Notes under the pieces: model-generated
The model's input: only the letters and a program-made list of their open reading frames with translations
Database searches by the model: none
Told to the model about the DNA's origin: nothing
Assembly: GCF_036321535.1 (NCBI RefSeq)
Contig: NC_087437.1
Span: 103,728,001-103,792,000, forward strand
DNA: 64,000 bases
Direction of reading: 5' to 3'
DNA from: Camelus dromedarius
Lineage: Eukaryota
Position numbers and translations under genes: made by a program
Part shown: positions 1-13,454 of the stretch, one piece after another
Layout: each line of letters begins with the position of its first letter
Numbering within the stretch: the stretch's first letter is position 1

Positions 1-104
1 TAAATCTATGTTTTGGAAAAATAATGCACTCTACGGTGTAGTATCAGTTAGATAGATAAGGAACTTGACTTCACATGATGATGATCTCTTTCATTTACAC
101 AAGT

Positions 105-380
105 CCCTTTTTAAATATCACATCCTCTGAGGGAACTTACTAACTGCCCTGTCCATATATAATAATAAATGCCTCCCACTCTCTACCTCTTACTTTTTCC
201 ATAGCAACTTCAACTCCTAAAACAAACTGTATTTCTCGATTTATTGTTTATCTTCACTAGAATTAACTTCAGTGAAACAAAGGACTTGTTCCTGCTCTCT
301 GCTGTATATATTTCCAGTTTTTGGAAGCATTCTTGGTAAATATTAGGTCTCTAGTAAATATTTGCCTAATGAATGAATGC
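105..380 (+). mobile_element. L2 LINE 3' end fragment
   Basis: Resembles the L2 3' terminus (cttcactagaattaac...tgctgtatat...gtaaatatttgcctaatgaatgaatg), ending in the (TGAA)n tail. Confidence 0.7.
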
Positions 381-1099
381 ATTTAGAAGTAGCATTTTGC
401 AAAAACCTCTTCAGAAGCATTTAACATATTTTTAATTCTTTAAGACATGTTTTTAATTATTATATTAACTGAACATGGAGAGAGCACACAAATAAATCAA
501 ATCAATGAATATGTTCTGATTGATATGAGCACAAATCTACTTCAGAGCTCCTCCTTATTTAAAAGTCTTCCCCGTGAAATACAATGAGGTTCTGACAATT
601 ATAGGTCTATCACATTTTAAAATATTTGGAAAAAATCAAAAAATTGTCTCACTTATCCTTTAATTTTTTTAATCAAAATGGGTATGTTCCATTTAACTAA
701 ATATGAGTGCTAGTGATTATATAATAATGAAATCACCGATAAGCACAGGTAAAAAATGTTAATGAGCTTCTATGATTTTGGATGGTGTGTTTGTACCACC
801 CAATTTAATTCATAAGCTAAATGAAATATTGAAATTAACTTTGAATGGATAAGTAGGGGAGGGCGTTGTGTATGTGAGCAACCACTCTCCAGAGCAGCTG
901 AAACTGTGGTATGCTGTGAGTCCTAGGCTGCAAATAATCAAGAGAAATGCCATAAACATGAAGGTGCCTAGAGAAGCAAAGTCAAGCAATAGTTACAAAT
1001 ATGAGATCTGTTACAAGACCACCACTTGTTTCAATAAGTTGGTTTACATCTTTTTTTCTATAATAATAGACACTTTACCTAGGACTAGTTAAATGTAGT

Positions 1100-1500
1100 G
1101 GAACACTACATTTTCCAGACTTCTTTGCAGCTTAATGAGGCCATTTGTCTAAGCCCTAGCCAGTGGGACTGGGAAGAAATGTTGTTTGCAACTTAAGAAT
1201 CGTGCTCCTAAAGAGAAAGGACATGCCTTCCCTTTTCCCTTTACTGCTTCCTGCTGTCTGGGAAAAAGTCATGGTAGGAAGTAGCCAGAACATCCAACTT
1301 AGACCATAAGTTGGAAACCATGGGTTACTGAGAGCAGAACACGGGAAAAGAAGAATCTTAGTCGCTGGAGGTCATCATGGAAAATGTTACACTACCTCAA
1401 TAGCCAATCTCTGGACATTAGAAGACAGAAAAATAAAATTTCATCCTTTTGTATTGTCTTTCACAGATTCTTTGTTTTGTATATTTAACTATATCCTGAT
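1100..1500 (+). mobile_element. ERVL-class solo LTR, LTR33-like
   Basis: ctacattttccagacttctttgcagct...ggccatttgtctaagccctagccagtggga matches the LTR33-type motif; AATAAA near 1432. Confidence 0.6.
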
Positions 1501-1639
1501 TAACCTAAATTTCAAACCAAAAGTTAGAAGGATAGATCATCTTAATTATGAGAACTCACTTTTATTCTTACGTGGGTAATTCAGAGAAGTGAAAGTAGCA
1601 GTAGGATGTTATTTTCATGCGTATTCTTCATATGTGTCC

Positions 1640-2010
1640 ACATAAAGTGTATCCTGAGGTGTTTATATCTGTATGCAGGGCATTTGTTAAGGAATGCTCT
1701 GGTAATGGTGCTTCTAGGAAACAGGAGAAGTAGCTCTGGACAGAATGAGAAGTGACTGGATCCAGCTGCAAAAGAGACTTCAGTGCATCTCACCAGGTGC
1801 TCTATCTAGCCTGTCCTAAATTGAAGCGAGGAAGCCAGACATTCGTGCCATGACATCAACTACTTAATAGATATCAACTGTCCCCAGTGAACGATTTCCT
1901 AAAAGGGACTCAACTGTAAGACATCATTAGCTGGTTCTCCTGGTCAGTAAGGATAAAAGTACCTCTACTCTAAAGGGCATATCTAGACGATGCAGAATCC
2001 AGAGTCCACT
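1640..2010 (-). mobile_element. LTR16-family ERVL LTR
   Basis: Collinear with the reverse complement of the LTR16 consensus as recalled (tgcagggcatttgtt...gagaagtgactg...gtcctaaattgaagcgagg...gggactcaactg). Confidence 0.65.
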
Positions 2011-2745
2011 GCTTGCACCGCTAAGATCCACCACTTTCAATTAGTATAAACATTCTATCTGAGAATAGTTCTTCCAAGACTATCACTCCTCACTTTTCAG
2101 GAGAATCTAGAAAGAGAAAGATGAACTGCAGCCGCATCTACTGTTTCCTGTCTTGAAATCACAACCAATATTCATCATCTTAGATTCCCCTCGCTTTTAG
2201 CTAATATTGCTCATGGTCTAGGAGGGACATTTGGTTGAGGAACCCAGGCTTTTCTCCATGAGGGTTCTGAGCCCATGTTCAACATGCCCTTTTCAGGTGG
2301 TGGCTCTTACACGTCTCCATCCACCACCAAAATAAAGGAGTGCCAAGAGACTCCAGTGGGTTAATTCAGTGAAAATATATTCTTTCCAGTATCAGTTTTA
2401 TAATAGCAATTCTGCTTCCTCATAATGAATCTTGATAAATTGATCAGAGTCAATTATCTGCCAGGAAGATGACTCCTTCCCTTGCCTGTTAGTCTATGAA
2501 AACAAAGAATTCGAAAAATCTGAGTAATAGCTAAAGCTTAATGTTTAATGGAACTCTTACTCTGCTCCCTGATGGAAGCCATCCAGCTTTCTAAGTCGAA
2601 CCTCTAAACCCATCAGGCTGAAAATTGAAAGCATGGAGACACAGGTTCCCCAAGCAGGTAACCAGGAGTGATAGTTAAATGGGGTTACCCCTCCTTATAC
2701 TCCTTGATCTCCATATCTTCACAATTTACCTATTGGCTATAGAGA
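2011..2745 (-). mobile_element. ERVL internal sequence (ERV3-16A3-like), decayed 3' pol region
   Basis: Abuts the LTR16 copy; motifs such as gagggttctgagccc and gtttaatggaactcttactctgctccctgatggaagc are typical of ERVL-int; no open frame. Confidence 0.55.
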
Positions 2746-2749
2746 GCAG

Positions 2750-2940
2750 TATCAGGGGGAGTCAAAGACGGGCACTCAGTTTCCGGTGAAATCACTGGGT
2801 AACTGGGGCTAACAGGGAAAGGTGCTATCCTCCCCTGAGAGAGGAACAATGGGAGACAGCAGGTTTGGGGATTAAGAAATGGTAAGTGATCAGTTTATCA
2901 TGACTGTAAGACCTACATTCAGTTAGAGATTGGCAGTAAG
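2750..2940 (-). mobile_element. L2 fragment
   Basis: ggggagtcaaagac...ggtgctatcctcccctgagagaggaac...agcaggtttgggg resembles antisense L2. Confidence 0.5.
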
Positions 2941-4479
2941 ACATATGTGCCAGGAGATACGTGTACATGTTATGTGTATGTGTGTACTTGTACTTATGTT
3001 TGTATTTATGAGCATATCCAGGTACTCAATCCTATGCTAAGGTTAATCTCTGGTATTTTCCCATATTTTATTTATTTTTCATATATTTTATATTATTATT
3101 CTGTGTTAATCATTCTTTTAAACTTTCCCGTTTCAACCAATCTGCCTCATTTTATATATTTCCTATGAAATCTATTTTAACCACTTTTTCTGGATGACTT
3201 TTTACAAAACTATCTTTCATTCAAAATGTTATATTTCTATTTATTTACATTCTATGAGTTATTTTGAAAGTTATGAAAGATAACCGAACAATCTTTCTCT
3301 ACTACATCTTTAAGATACTTTAATGAATTATGTGACACTTCTTCAAGTTCAACTTTTTTCTCACATCTGTATTCCATAAACTTTCTATCACTCTATTTCC
3401 CATCCTATTACCCAACACTACATCCAATTAAAAAGACGTCTTAACTGCAAATGCTTGTTATTTCTTGAAATCAAGAAAAACAGATAGCAGCCTACTTTAT
3501 CCATTGAAATTGTGAGTATGTATATGTGCTGGGAAGGATTCCATGAAAAAGAAACCATTTAAAATACTAAAAAATAATTAGAAATGAAAATTCCTTGAAA
3601 CTCTTAATTTATACTCTAATAGATTTTTTTCCAGATAATTGACTAAATTTATTTTTTTCTCCTTTTAAGAATTTTTTAAGTCCATTTTTATTGTCATTTA
3701 TTTCCTCTGGATATCTTTAAAATTTTCTACTCATTCCTTTAATATATAATCAATAAACTTGAGCATATTTAATAGAGTGAGTCCAGCAAAATTATTTATT
3801 TTATTTATTATGTAAAGGACTTGTAACAATTCAAGTATGCTGTTGACTTCTAGAAATATTACCTCCTTTCTTCATGCCAATATTTAATTTTAAAGTTTAG
3901 TTTAAACTGTCACTCCTTGTTATTTTATGAAAGATTAGCATTTTAATTAGATGACTATAAATTCCTGAATACTTATAAATTTTGCCATCTGTAAGATATT
4001 CCCCTGATATTCTGTGCATATAGACATATGCATATGTATGTGTGTGTATCACATATACAAGCATATACACATGTTCACAAGCTTGAATAAAGGGAAAATG
4101 TACAAAGAAGAATTAAACTTCAGGAATACTATACATTTTAAGACAGAACTAGAAGTAAGTTTCCCATAGTATGCAATCTCAGGAACATTAACATATTATT
4201 GAGATAGATATCAGAAAAAGCTGTGAGAAATTATAATTTGTACTAAATTTCTTATATGTAGACAACAGATGTAACTATTCTCTTAAGTTGTATGTCCCTT
4301 TTTGGTATAAAATTCATCCCTATAAATACCAACTTAGCAAATAGAACTCAACATTTTTGCCAAGGACAAAGTCATATAACCTTGAGAACAAGATTAAGAC
4401 GATTCTTCTTAGACTCACTAGATCAAAGCCAGTTGATAGTTTAGCTGTTCTTCCATAACTTCTTTGACTTAATTTTATC

Positions 4480-4635
4480 AATTGTCTTAATATCTGCTTC
4501 CTCTCACATTGCTGTGAGCACAGGGAAAGGAACTGAATGGTAGGAATAACATTTCAATAATTTCAATGTTCCCAAAGTTTAGTGGACAGTGAGCATTTAG
4601 TTCTTGATAAATTCTTAACTTCAGTGAATGAAATA
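4480..4635 (+). mobile_element. L2 3' end fragment
   Basis: Degenerate L2 terminus ending ttgataaattctt...gtgaatgaa. Confidence 0.45.
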
Positions 4636-4904
4636 AACAAGTACTCAATGTATTTTTGGGTATACATTTTTATATTTTCAAGAATTTTTAAAATCATCAT
4701 CCTGCTAATATATCTAACTTTTCAGTTATAAGTAATATTTACTTTAAATATTAAATACTACTTGCTTTTTCTGGGAAGCATAAATATATTATTTCTCATT
4801 AGTGTGGGGGAGCAGTGGTCGAAAATAAATATAGATTCTACTATTTGAGATGTATCTATCTTTTTCTATTTTTTTTTGCTATTTTTACTATTTAAAAAAA
4901 ATTT

Positions 4905-5225
4905 CCACTTTATTGGGGTATAATTGACAAAAATTATATAGCTAAAATGTACAATGTGATGATTTGATACACACATATATTATGAAATGATCACCACAAC
5001 CAGGCTAATTAACACATCTATCACATCTCATAGTTATTGTTTTGTATGTGGGGGGTGAGGATGGGGGTTGAAAATACTAATACAGTCCTAGCAGATTTCA
5101 AGTATACAATGTAGTATAATTGACTATGGTCACCTTGCTGTATTGGAGATTCCTAGAACTTATTTGTCTTCTAACTGAAAGTTTGTATCCTTTGACAAGT
5201 ATCTCCACATTTGCCATCTGCCACA
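4905..5225 (-). mobile_element. L1 3' UTR fragment (L1MA8-10-like)
   Basis: ttattggggtataattgacaaaaatt...atgatcaccacaaccaggctaattaacacatctatcac...ctaactgaaagtttgtatcctttgac. Confidence 0.8.
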
Positions 5226-5349
5226 ACATGAATGAAACTGAAGATGTGTATAACTTTTAAAGAACAACATTCCAATATTTCTTACACTACTCAGACCACA
5301 GGAAACAAGTGAAAGGAATCTCAAGTTGTTTGATGAAATTAGCATAAGT

Positions 5350-6240
5350 TTACTATTAAAAATAGACAAAAACAAACTCTGATACAAAGATCAGTTTAGG
5401 ATTTTACATAAAATGGCAATATTAGCAATTAAAATCTAGGACTAGCATCACTGTCTACCCATCAGGAAAAAAATAAAGGTGAATGTAAAGCTTATATACA
5501 ATATGGAAGTAAATTTCAAATTAAAACATTAAATATGAAAACAGCAATATGTTTTAAGAATATCTAGGAGGTTCATGTATAAGGCAAAGGATCTTCCACA
5601 AAATAAATGTGAGAAGTGTATATTTAATTAAAATGCCAAATTTCTTAATGGAAAAAAAAAAGAATTTTAAACCCAGTTTTAAACCCAGTTTGTTAATAAA
5701 CAATTTGGGGAAAAAAACTTAAAGCAGATGGACATAAGGTTAATATTTCTACAGAAATTTCAGAACTTAACAAGAATGGCATAAACAATCTACTATAAAA
5801 TAGACAAAGGCTATAAAGAGGCAATTCACATAATTGAGCCATTCAAAAATGACTAGAGTCTAAAGTAAAAAAGAGAATTATAGATATAAAGCAAATATGT
5901 GGCTCTAATGAATAAATGTGATGAAAAAAAGCTTATTGTTATACAGTGCTGGCATTATAACATTTACAAAAAGCATTTTGGCATCGAATTTTAGTATTAA
6001 AATTGCATATGGCTTTTAACCCAGTAAACCCACTCCTGGCAACCTTTAGAAATAAAGGACTCATCACAAGGATATATACTGCCACATAATTTGTAGTAGA
6101 AAAAAATGTTGGCAGCAAACAAATGCCAAATAACAGAGGCATAACTGAAAAAAATATGGCATGTACACCCTCCCAAATATTATACAGCCTTCAAAATTAA
6201 ATTTGAGTTTTTTTCTAATTCACTTGGAATTATATAAGCA
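5350..6240 (+). mobile_element. Ancient L1 (L1ME-like) ORF2 3' remnant
   Basis: Degenerate ORF2 C-terminal motifs (ttttaacccagtaaacccactcctgg; aaacaaatgccaaataacagagg). Confidence 0.55.
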
Positions 6241-6364
6241 GTATTTTTAGTCAGTAGATCAAAGGGTGAGAGTTGAGCAAAATGGAAAGAAAAGTTTGCA
6301 TTTAAATATAAACCTATTAATAATATTAAATTAACAGATTCACATAAAATTGTGTGCATATAAT

Positions 6365-7240
6365 GTTTTTAATAGACGATTTTTTAGAGCAGTTTTAGAT
6401 GCTCAATAAAGTTGAATAGAAAGTGTTCCCCTATGTTTGTCATGTTTCTATACAGCATCCCCCACTATCAACATCTCCCACCAGAGTGTTATACCTGGTA
6501 CAATTAAACCTACATCAATACGTCATTATCATTCATAGTTTAGATTAAGGTTCACTCTTGGTGTACATTCTATAGGTTTTGGCAAATGTATAGTGTGTGT
6601 ATAATGACACGTATCCACCATTACAGTGTCATGCAGAATAGCTGTACTGACCTCAAATCTTCTCTGCTTTGCTAAGTCATCTCTTTCTACCTCCTAACGT
6701 CTGGTAACCACTGATTTTGTAAGTGCCTTTTCAGCTTGATTTATTTCAATTAGAAATTTGTATTTAATATTCTTTCATGTTTTTTCATGGCTTGCTAACA
6801 CATTTCTTTTTGTGTGCTGAATAGGGATGCATACCAACTAGACTGATTTCTGGATCATGTTAAGAATATGTTTAGGTTTTGTAAGAAACCATCAAACTGT
6901 CAACCAAAGTACCTGTACCATCTTGCATTCCCCCCCAGCAATAAATGAGAGTTCCTGTTGCTCGATATCCTCCACTGCATTTTGTGTTGCCAGTGGTCTG
7001 GATTTTGGCCATTCTAATAGGTACAGAGTCGCATTTTGTTGTTTTCATCGGCAATTCCCTGATGACACATGCTGTTCAGCATCTTTTAATAAGCTTATTT
7101 GCCATCTGTACATCTTTTTTGATAAAGTATCTATTCAGGAATTTTGCTCATTTATAATTTAGTTTATTTTCTTATTGTCAAGTTCGAAGAGTTCTTTGTT
7201 TGGATAATGATCCTGTATCAGATATGTCTTCTGCAGTATA
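6365..7240 (-). mobile_element. L1MC-like 3' end plus ORF2 tail
   Basis: ttttttagagcagttttaga...cccactatcaacatctcccaccagagtg...ggttcactcttggtgtacattctatagg; ORF 6872-7054 translates to an L1 ORF2 C-terminus-like peptide (PIRMAKIQTTGNTKC). Confidence 0.85.
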
Positions 7241-7399
7241 CTTTTTTTTATGTAAAATAAATTCTTGTTTGAAGATGAATCAAAGGGAAGGATTTAAAAA
7301 ATTTGTTTTGTTTTCTTTTTTACTCACCTGTTTTCAGCTAATTGAACCATACTTGAAAATGCTTTATGTCTTAGCTCTTAATGGGCCTTCTAACTGTAC

Positions 7400-7482
7400 C
7401 TTGGAAACAGTGGAGCTAGTGAACCATACAGTAGCTTTTTCAACAGCCCACTTTGCATCATGGTGGATGGAGCTGCCCCTAC
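7400..7482 (-). other. Weak candidate exon (alternative stronger donor at 7328)
   Basis: aaaatag|GTAGGG...TCCAAG|gtacag, 83 nt, two frames open, in non-repeat DNA; peptide not recognised. Confidence 0.2.
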
Positions 7483-8197
7483 CTATTTTTAAAAATGACA
7501 TAAACATATGAATTACATACTCATCAAAGTATAAAGCATAAAGCTCTAGAGAATCATTCATTTTGGATTTCGTTATCTTCAAAAAAAGGTTAATATATTT
7601 CTAGGTGTAGGAACATAGTTGAAATTTCTCCAAAGCTCATGATTTTTAAAGATGGCAAACAACTTCTAAGCCCAGGAGTCCATTTGAAGACATTTGAAGA
7701 GCATCCTAGATAATTTCAGTTGTATCCTAGTCATCTTTGCTTGGTTGCTTAAATGCAATTTGATTGGCTAAAGAACACGTTTAGACCATTACTTTGTAGG
7801 AATGACAGCGCTGAGTACTGTTACTTTCCCAGAATAACTCACTATATGTACTTGAAAAATCCAAAACATTCTAATTTTTTGTCTTATTATATTTTGGACA
7901 ATATTAACCAACTGATGCTGATTACATTTGCCTTTAAAATTTTCTGATGTGTGGTAGTTATGATCGTTGGTACAGACAAACACTGATGCTTCATTTCTCT
8001 TAGCTATGTCAACGGACTAATGTTTATGCACTCCATGAATTCAGGAATGTTGGAGAAAAATGTCTCATCAAGGATATTTCACTTTTACTTTTGATATTTA
8101 GATTGGTTCTACAATGCCTTTCCTCTCTTAGGCTCTCATTTCTTCAATCCGTTCTTCTTCCTATTCTGTGTTACTTCATCAAACATAGACTGCTTCC

Positions 8198-8900
8198 TAT
8201 TGGGGAAATATAGTTAAAAAACAAAAACTTCTCCCAACCCAGAAAACCTTTCCACAAAAGTAGTAAATAGGAAACAAAAATAATTTTTTAGTACTGAATT
8301 AGCATTAAGCCAGAATATTGTAATCATCTCAGGCAAATCCACTAAGAGATTGCAAAGACAGAGAGAAATCTCAACCCTTCATATGGCCAAGCAGTTATAA
8401 CCCATTACATACGTGTACTCAAGTTAATTATTTCTCAAGTAAGGACTCTGTAGCCCCATTTATCACACATAGCTTATCCCAAAAATATGTGGAAATTGAG
8501 GTGACCATCTGTGTTAGCTAACTGGCTTTATACAAATGAAAAATAAATTTCTCCTATCTTTATGACAAGAGGTAGTTTTGCAATTTGGGAGAGTTGCCAC
8601 ATGAAGCTAGGCTCCTAACCTCGCAGAGAAACCAAGAAACTGGGAAACTGGGTCACTTTCTTCTTTGATTAAATCTGAAAGAGATGGTTCCCAGGTCCTT
8701 GAAAAAGACATTTCTGGGCTCTGAGCTGGCAAGAGTTTGCTTTTAAAAAATTTACATACATTTCAAAGAAATGAAAAAATAACTTACAAATGTTCTAAAG
8801 TAAATGCTCTAAGAGAGGAATGTGGGGGAAAATTTCATTACATTTTTTTTTTAACAGAGAGTATTCAGCCTCTTCTTTTCAATTTGTATTTGCCCTTAAA
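8198..8900 (-). mobile_element. ERV1 solo LTR, MER67-like
   Basis: About 700 bp collinear with the reverse complement of a MER67-type LTR (ends tattggggaaatatag... and ...ttgtatttgcccttaaa; internal gtgaccatctgtgttagctaa and gagatggttcccaggtccttga). Confidence 0.8.
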
Positions 8901-10034
8901 CTACTTAGTTCCCATGAGAGGATCCTAGGATGCTTCCATGGACCACAGACAACGACTTGGCCTTCAACACAATATTGCACTTAAAAATAAAAGTACCATT
9001 TTTCATAGCCATATGTTAATTTGTAAAATGTGATTATAGATGCTAATTCTGAGGGAAAACATTAAAATATGTGTTATTTATATATTTAAATATGATCAGA
9101 GGTAGTGACTTTGAAGATTATAAAATATTCAGATATAAATCACTCTATTTTCTAAAATAATAGCATGCAGCCATCCAGGAAGATAAAATATAGACACCTG
9201 GAAAACATTCTTATATTTCCTTTAAGGATCTATAAAGCCATATAAAATGAAAAAACATTTATTTAAAACTATAATGATAAAAATAGGATATATTTGAATA
9301 TCTGTTATGGAAATGATACTTTAAATCATTGATGATGAGTATACATGTGTGTGTGTGTGATGGTGGGTCCATGAAAAACATATAAACAACTATATCAAAC
9401 TAAATATATATACTCTATTCCAAAATGTTGCTGTCATTCATTTAATGAGTTAGTATTCGATGGCCAGCATATATCCTTACTATCAGTGTTATAAAGAAGG
9501 AAAAATTTATTGGAAATGATTGATTTAGATGTGCAGTGTGTCGTCAGAAACAAGCAAGTATTACTGTTGGACCCAAAAAATTAACTCAGAAAGAAAATCA
9601 GAAATATTTAAAAATCAAACTTAGAAACTTTAGAATTCAGAATAAAAGTAACCACAAAGGAATAAAAACTCTGATTTATAGAAATGTAAAACTTCCAAAT
9701 TTCAAATAGTATAAAATGATTAAGTAGTAGTAGCAAATACAATAGACCATTGGATTCAACTTTTAAAGTGATATTACGGTTGAATTGGAGAAACTTGGGT
9801 GTTTCCTGCTCCTTTTACTTTTACTTGTTTCTTTCTCTGGTCTTAGTGTGATCTCTGTTGCTGCACTGGTATCTGCAACTCAGGACCTTGTGAAGGCACC
9901 TTACTGAAAGCACAAAGCTGCCAGGATTTGGTGAGGTGCTCCTCATTTGATGAAGCACTGATGCTGAGAAAACTAGTTACTATCACAATGATGCTATCTT
10001 CTCCAAGGGCACTGCTGGGAATGGAGAAAAATTA

Positions 10035-10260
10035 ATGGCTAACATTTGCAGAGAACTTACTTTACTTACTGTGTATCCTTCACTGTGTTCAACACTTTGC
10101 CAGGATCTCCTAACAGCGGCCCTTGGATCCAGATTCTGTCATCAATTTACATCAATGTATAGAGGAAGAAATTGGGGCTTATCCAAGATCATACCGATAA
10201 CAAGTGGCAGACCCAGGATATGGGTCCAACTGATGTTGGCCTCAGCCTGCGCTGCTTTCC
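10035..10260 (-). mobile_element. MIR SINE
   Basis: gctaacatttgc...gaggaagaaattggggc...ccaagatcatac...aagtggcagacccagga is the antisense MIR core. Confidence 0.65.
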
Positions 10261-11371
10261 CAGCTGCTGCTCTTGCCAAGTCTCTCCACCACTGTACGTA
10301 CATATATCTTGATAATTGATGAAGCCACCATTGCCTCTGCTGACACTTCACTTCAGCTGTGCTCTCCTTCAGGCCACCCTTCTTTCCAATTGTATAAGTC
10401 TCAGTACATTCAAACTTAACACTCTCTTCATCCAATAACTTTTACCATATGCCATTAGTGGGACATCTCCTTTGGTCTGACTTTTATTTGCAGCATTTAG
10501 ACTTAAAATTTAGGCATAATAAAGGAGTTTAAGCTAATAACAAACATGAGAGACAGCCGGGACGCTCTTCTCAGAATTCCCTTTCTCTATTTTCCTCTTT
10601 CAAGAAAATCTGTGACTCCTCCATGAAAAGAGACCAGAGGACCATCATCTCCCAGATATGTCTGGAGTCTAAAGTGAACTCAAGGTATATTGAAGATAGA
10701 TTACCAAAATTACTAGAGTGCACCCCTAAAATTTTGTATTATAATGTTAATGTTGTATTTATACTGTATTAAGAGTTTTAGCTTATTATAGTATTAATTA
10801 TTAGCATAAATTGATATAGTTTAGTATATACTAGTTTGTGTATATATTATTACCTATTTGGGATTTTTGACTAATTGCCTGATTCTCTTGATCCTTAATT
10901 TTTTAGTTCAGAGCTAAATAAATGATCTAATTTTCATTCTTATGCCCAATATTGGACAATAATCTAAAAATTATTTATTTTAATGTTTGTAATTATTGTA
11001 TTTTTAAAACTTAGCTACATGACTTAGTATTTTAGATACAACTATGAATAATATACTACATAATGTTTCTGTGAAATGCATGAGAAAATAAAGTGCCAGA
11101 AATCCAAGTACTTTAAGATGTAAATTGTTCTACTTGGTAACTTTTGATAGAACTCTTCCTTTGCACATGATGTTCTTTTAGTAACCACTTTCTATACTTT
11201 CCAAAGTTGATTTGAATTGTATTATTCCCATAAATTATCTTGTGATTTTTAGGGAGGTGCTACTCCAACTGTTATACTGCTTTGTGGATGTGGAGTTTAG
11301 ATGGAAAATAGTGAAAATAGAACACAAATATTTTTCTTTATTTATTACTCGAAGAAAGACTATAAAAAGGA

Positions 11372-12190
11372 TATTTTAACTTTTTTGTGGAACCTCCATA
11401 CTGTTTTTCAAAGTAGCTGCACCAATTTACATTTCTAGCAATAGTGCACACGGGTTCCCTCTCTCCCACATCCTGGCCAGCACCTGTTTTCACTTTCCTT
11501 TTGATAACAACCACTTAACAAATGTGAGGTGACTACTCACTGTGGTTTTGATTTGTGTGTTCCTGATGAGTAGTGATGCTGAATAACTTTTCATATACTT
11601 GTTGGCCATCTGCATATCTTCTTTAGAAAAATGTCTTTTTAGATCTTCTGCCCATTTTTTAATTGGATTGTTTGGTTTTTGTTTTTTGGGTTTGGTTTTT
11701 TTTTTTTTGCTATTGAGTTCATAAATTCTTAATATATTTTGAATACTAACCCCCTTATTCGATATACAATTTGCAAATGTCTTCTCCCATTCCATAGGCT
11801 GGCTTTTCATTTTGTTGATGTTCTCCTTTGATGCATTTTAGTTTGATGTAGTCCTACCTGTTCAATTTTGGTTCTTGTTGCTTTTGCTTTTGGTGTCATA
11901 TCCAAAAACTCATCACCATCATCAACGTTAAGGAGCTTACCACCAATGTTTTCTTCTAGGAGGTTTATGGTTTAGCAGTCTATATTCAAGTTTTTAATCC
12001 ATTTTAAGTTGTTTTTTTATATGGTGTAGGTTAATCATCCAGTTTCATTATTTTGCATGTGCCTGCCCAGTTTTTCCAATAGTATTATTGAAGAGATTGG
12101 CTTTTCTTCATTGTATATTCTTGGCTCTTTTATCCTAAATTAATTGACCATATATGGGTGGGCTTATTTCTGGACTCTATTCTGTTCCAC
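11372..12190 (-). mobile_element. L1 ORF2 3' fragment
   Basis: ORF 11490-11810 ([11 protein letters not shown]...[28 protein letters not shown]) is L1 ORF2 C-terminal sequence. Confidence 0.9.
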
Positions 12191-12453
12191 TCAAGAAAGT
12201 AGACATTATAAAGCTCCTCTTCCAGGTTCATCAAGGAGTTTACTAATTTTACGGTATATTTTTATTAAACATTGAGAAATTATACGTCAATGAGTTACCA
12301 GAAGAATTCAAATATTATTTTATATTTCATCACAAGGAATAATATTTTAATTCATATTCATTCTCTCCTAACCCATATTTTTGTATTGAAAAAAATCAGA
12401 GCTAATTTCATACATAATAGATTCAAAAACCTGTAAAGTTAAGTAATACCAAT

Positions 12454-12915
12454 TGTATTAGATTCCTATTTGCTGCTGTAACAAATTACTACAAACTTAA
12501 AGACTTAAAACAATACAAATGTGTGATTTATAGCTCTCAAGGTCAGAAGTCTGAAATGAGTCTTATGGGCCAGAATCAATGTGTCTGAGAATTGCATCTC
12601 TTCTAGATGCTCTGAAGGAAAATCCTTTTTTTTTTTTTTTTTTTTTGTCTTTTTCAATTTCTAGAGGCTTCTTGCATTCCATGTTTTGTGGCCCTCTTCT
12701 TCATCTTCAAAGAGTATCACCTCTCCTCTTTCTGACTCTCATATTTGTGCCTACCTTTCATAAGGGCCCATGTAATTATATTGGGCTCCCTGGGATGATT
12801 CAGAATTACCTCCCAATCTCAAGATCCTTAATATAATCACATCCACAGAATCCTCTTTACCAAGTAAGGTAATGCATTCACAGGTGGTGGGCTGAGGACC
12901 AACTTTGGAGTATTC
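12454..12915 (-). mobile_element. MaLR solo LTR (MLT1D/C-like)
   Basis: tgtattagattcctatttgctgctgtaacaaattac...ggtcagaagtctgaaatg...atctcaagatccttaatataatcacatc. Confidence 0.85.
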
Positions 12916-13454
12916 ACTTTGCTTTATATCTCATATTCTTTCTAAACTTAACAAATGGGGTGTGCAAATTATCAGAGCAAAAATGAATTTAAAAATATCA
13001 CCACAGGATTAGAATGCTGTCAACACAATTCCTTTTAAATATTCCTATTTTAAAACTTTATACCAGACCAACTTAAATAGGAAAGAATGTCATTAGCTGC
13101 AAAGCAATTTGTTGGAAGGGTCAACAACATAGCTGTGGTATGTACTTGAATAATAGTAAGAAGATGAGACAAAAATAGTTTGAACTAATTGCATATTCAT
13201 GAAATTACAGGCACTGGGAGTGGAATTTAAAAACAGTAAATAAAACAAATTTGGGTACTTGGCAATACTGCTGAAAGAACAAATAAAGAAACAAACGATT
13301 GAAAGGATATTAATGAGATAAAGGAATAGTGAACGTGAACAGATACAATAATTTAAAATCTGGAATGAACATATTTTTATTTTAATAATTCGAAATAATT
13401 TAGGTTTTTGCCTTCATTTTTGAGGCATGTATATTAAGGTATAATTTGCATAAG

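Noticed and set aside
74..130. ATGATGA...CTGA pair resembling a C/D snoRNA
   Set aside because: Too short, no good terminal stem, and overlaps L2
10035..10435. Overlapping 94- and 97-aa ORFs
   Set aside because: Largely MIR-derived
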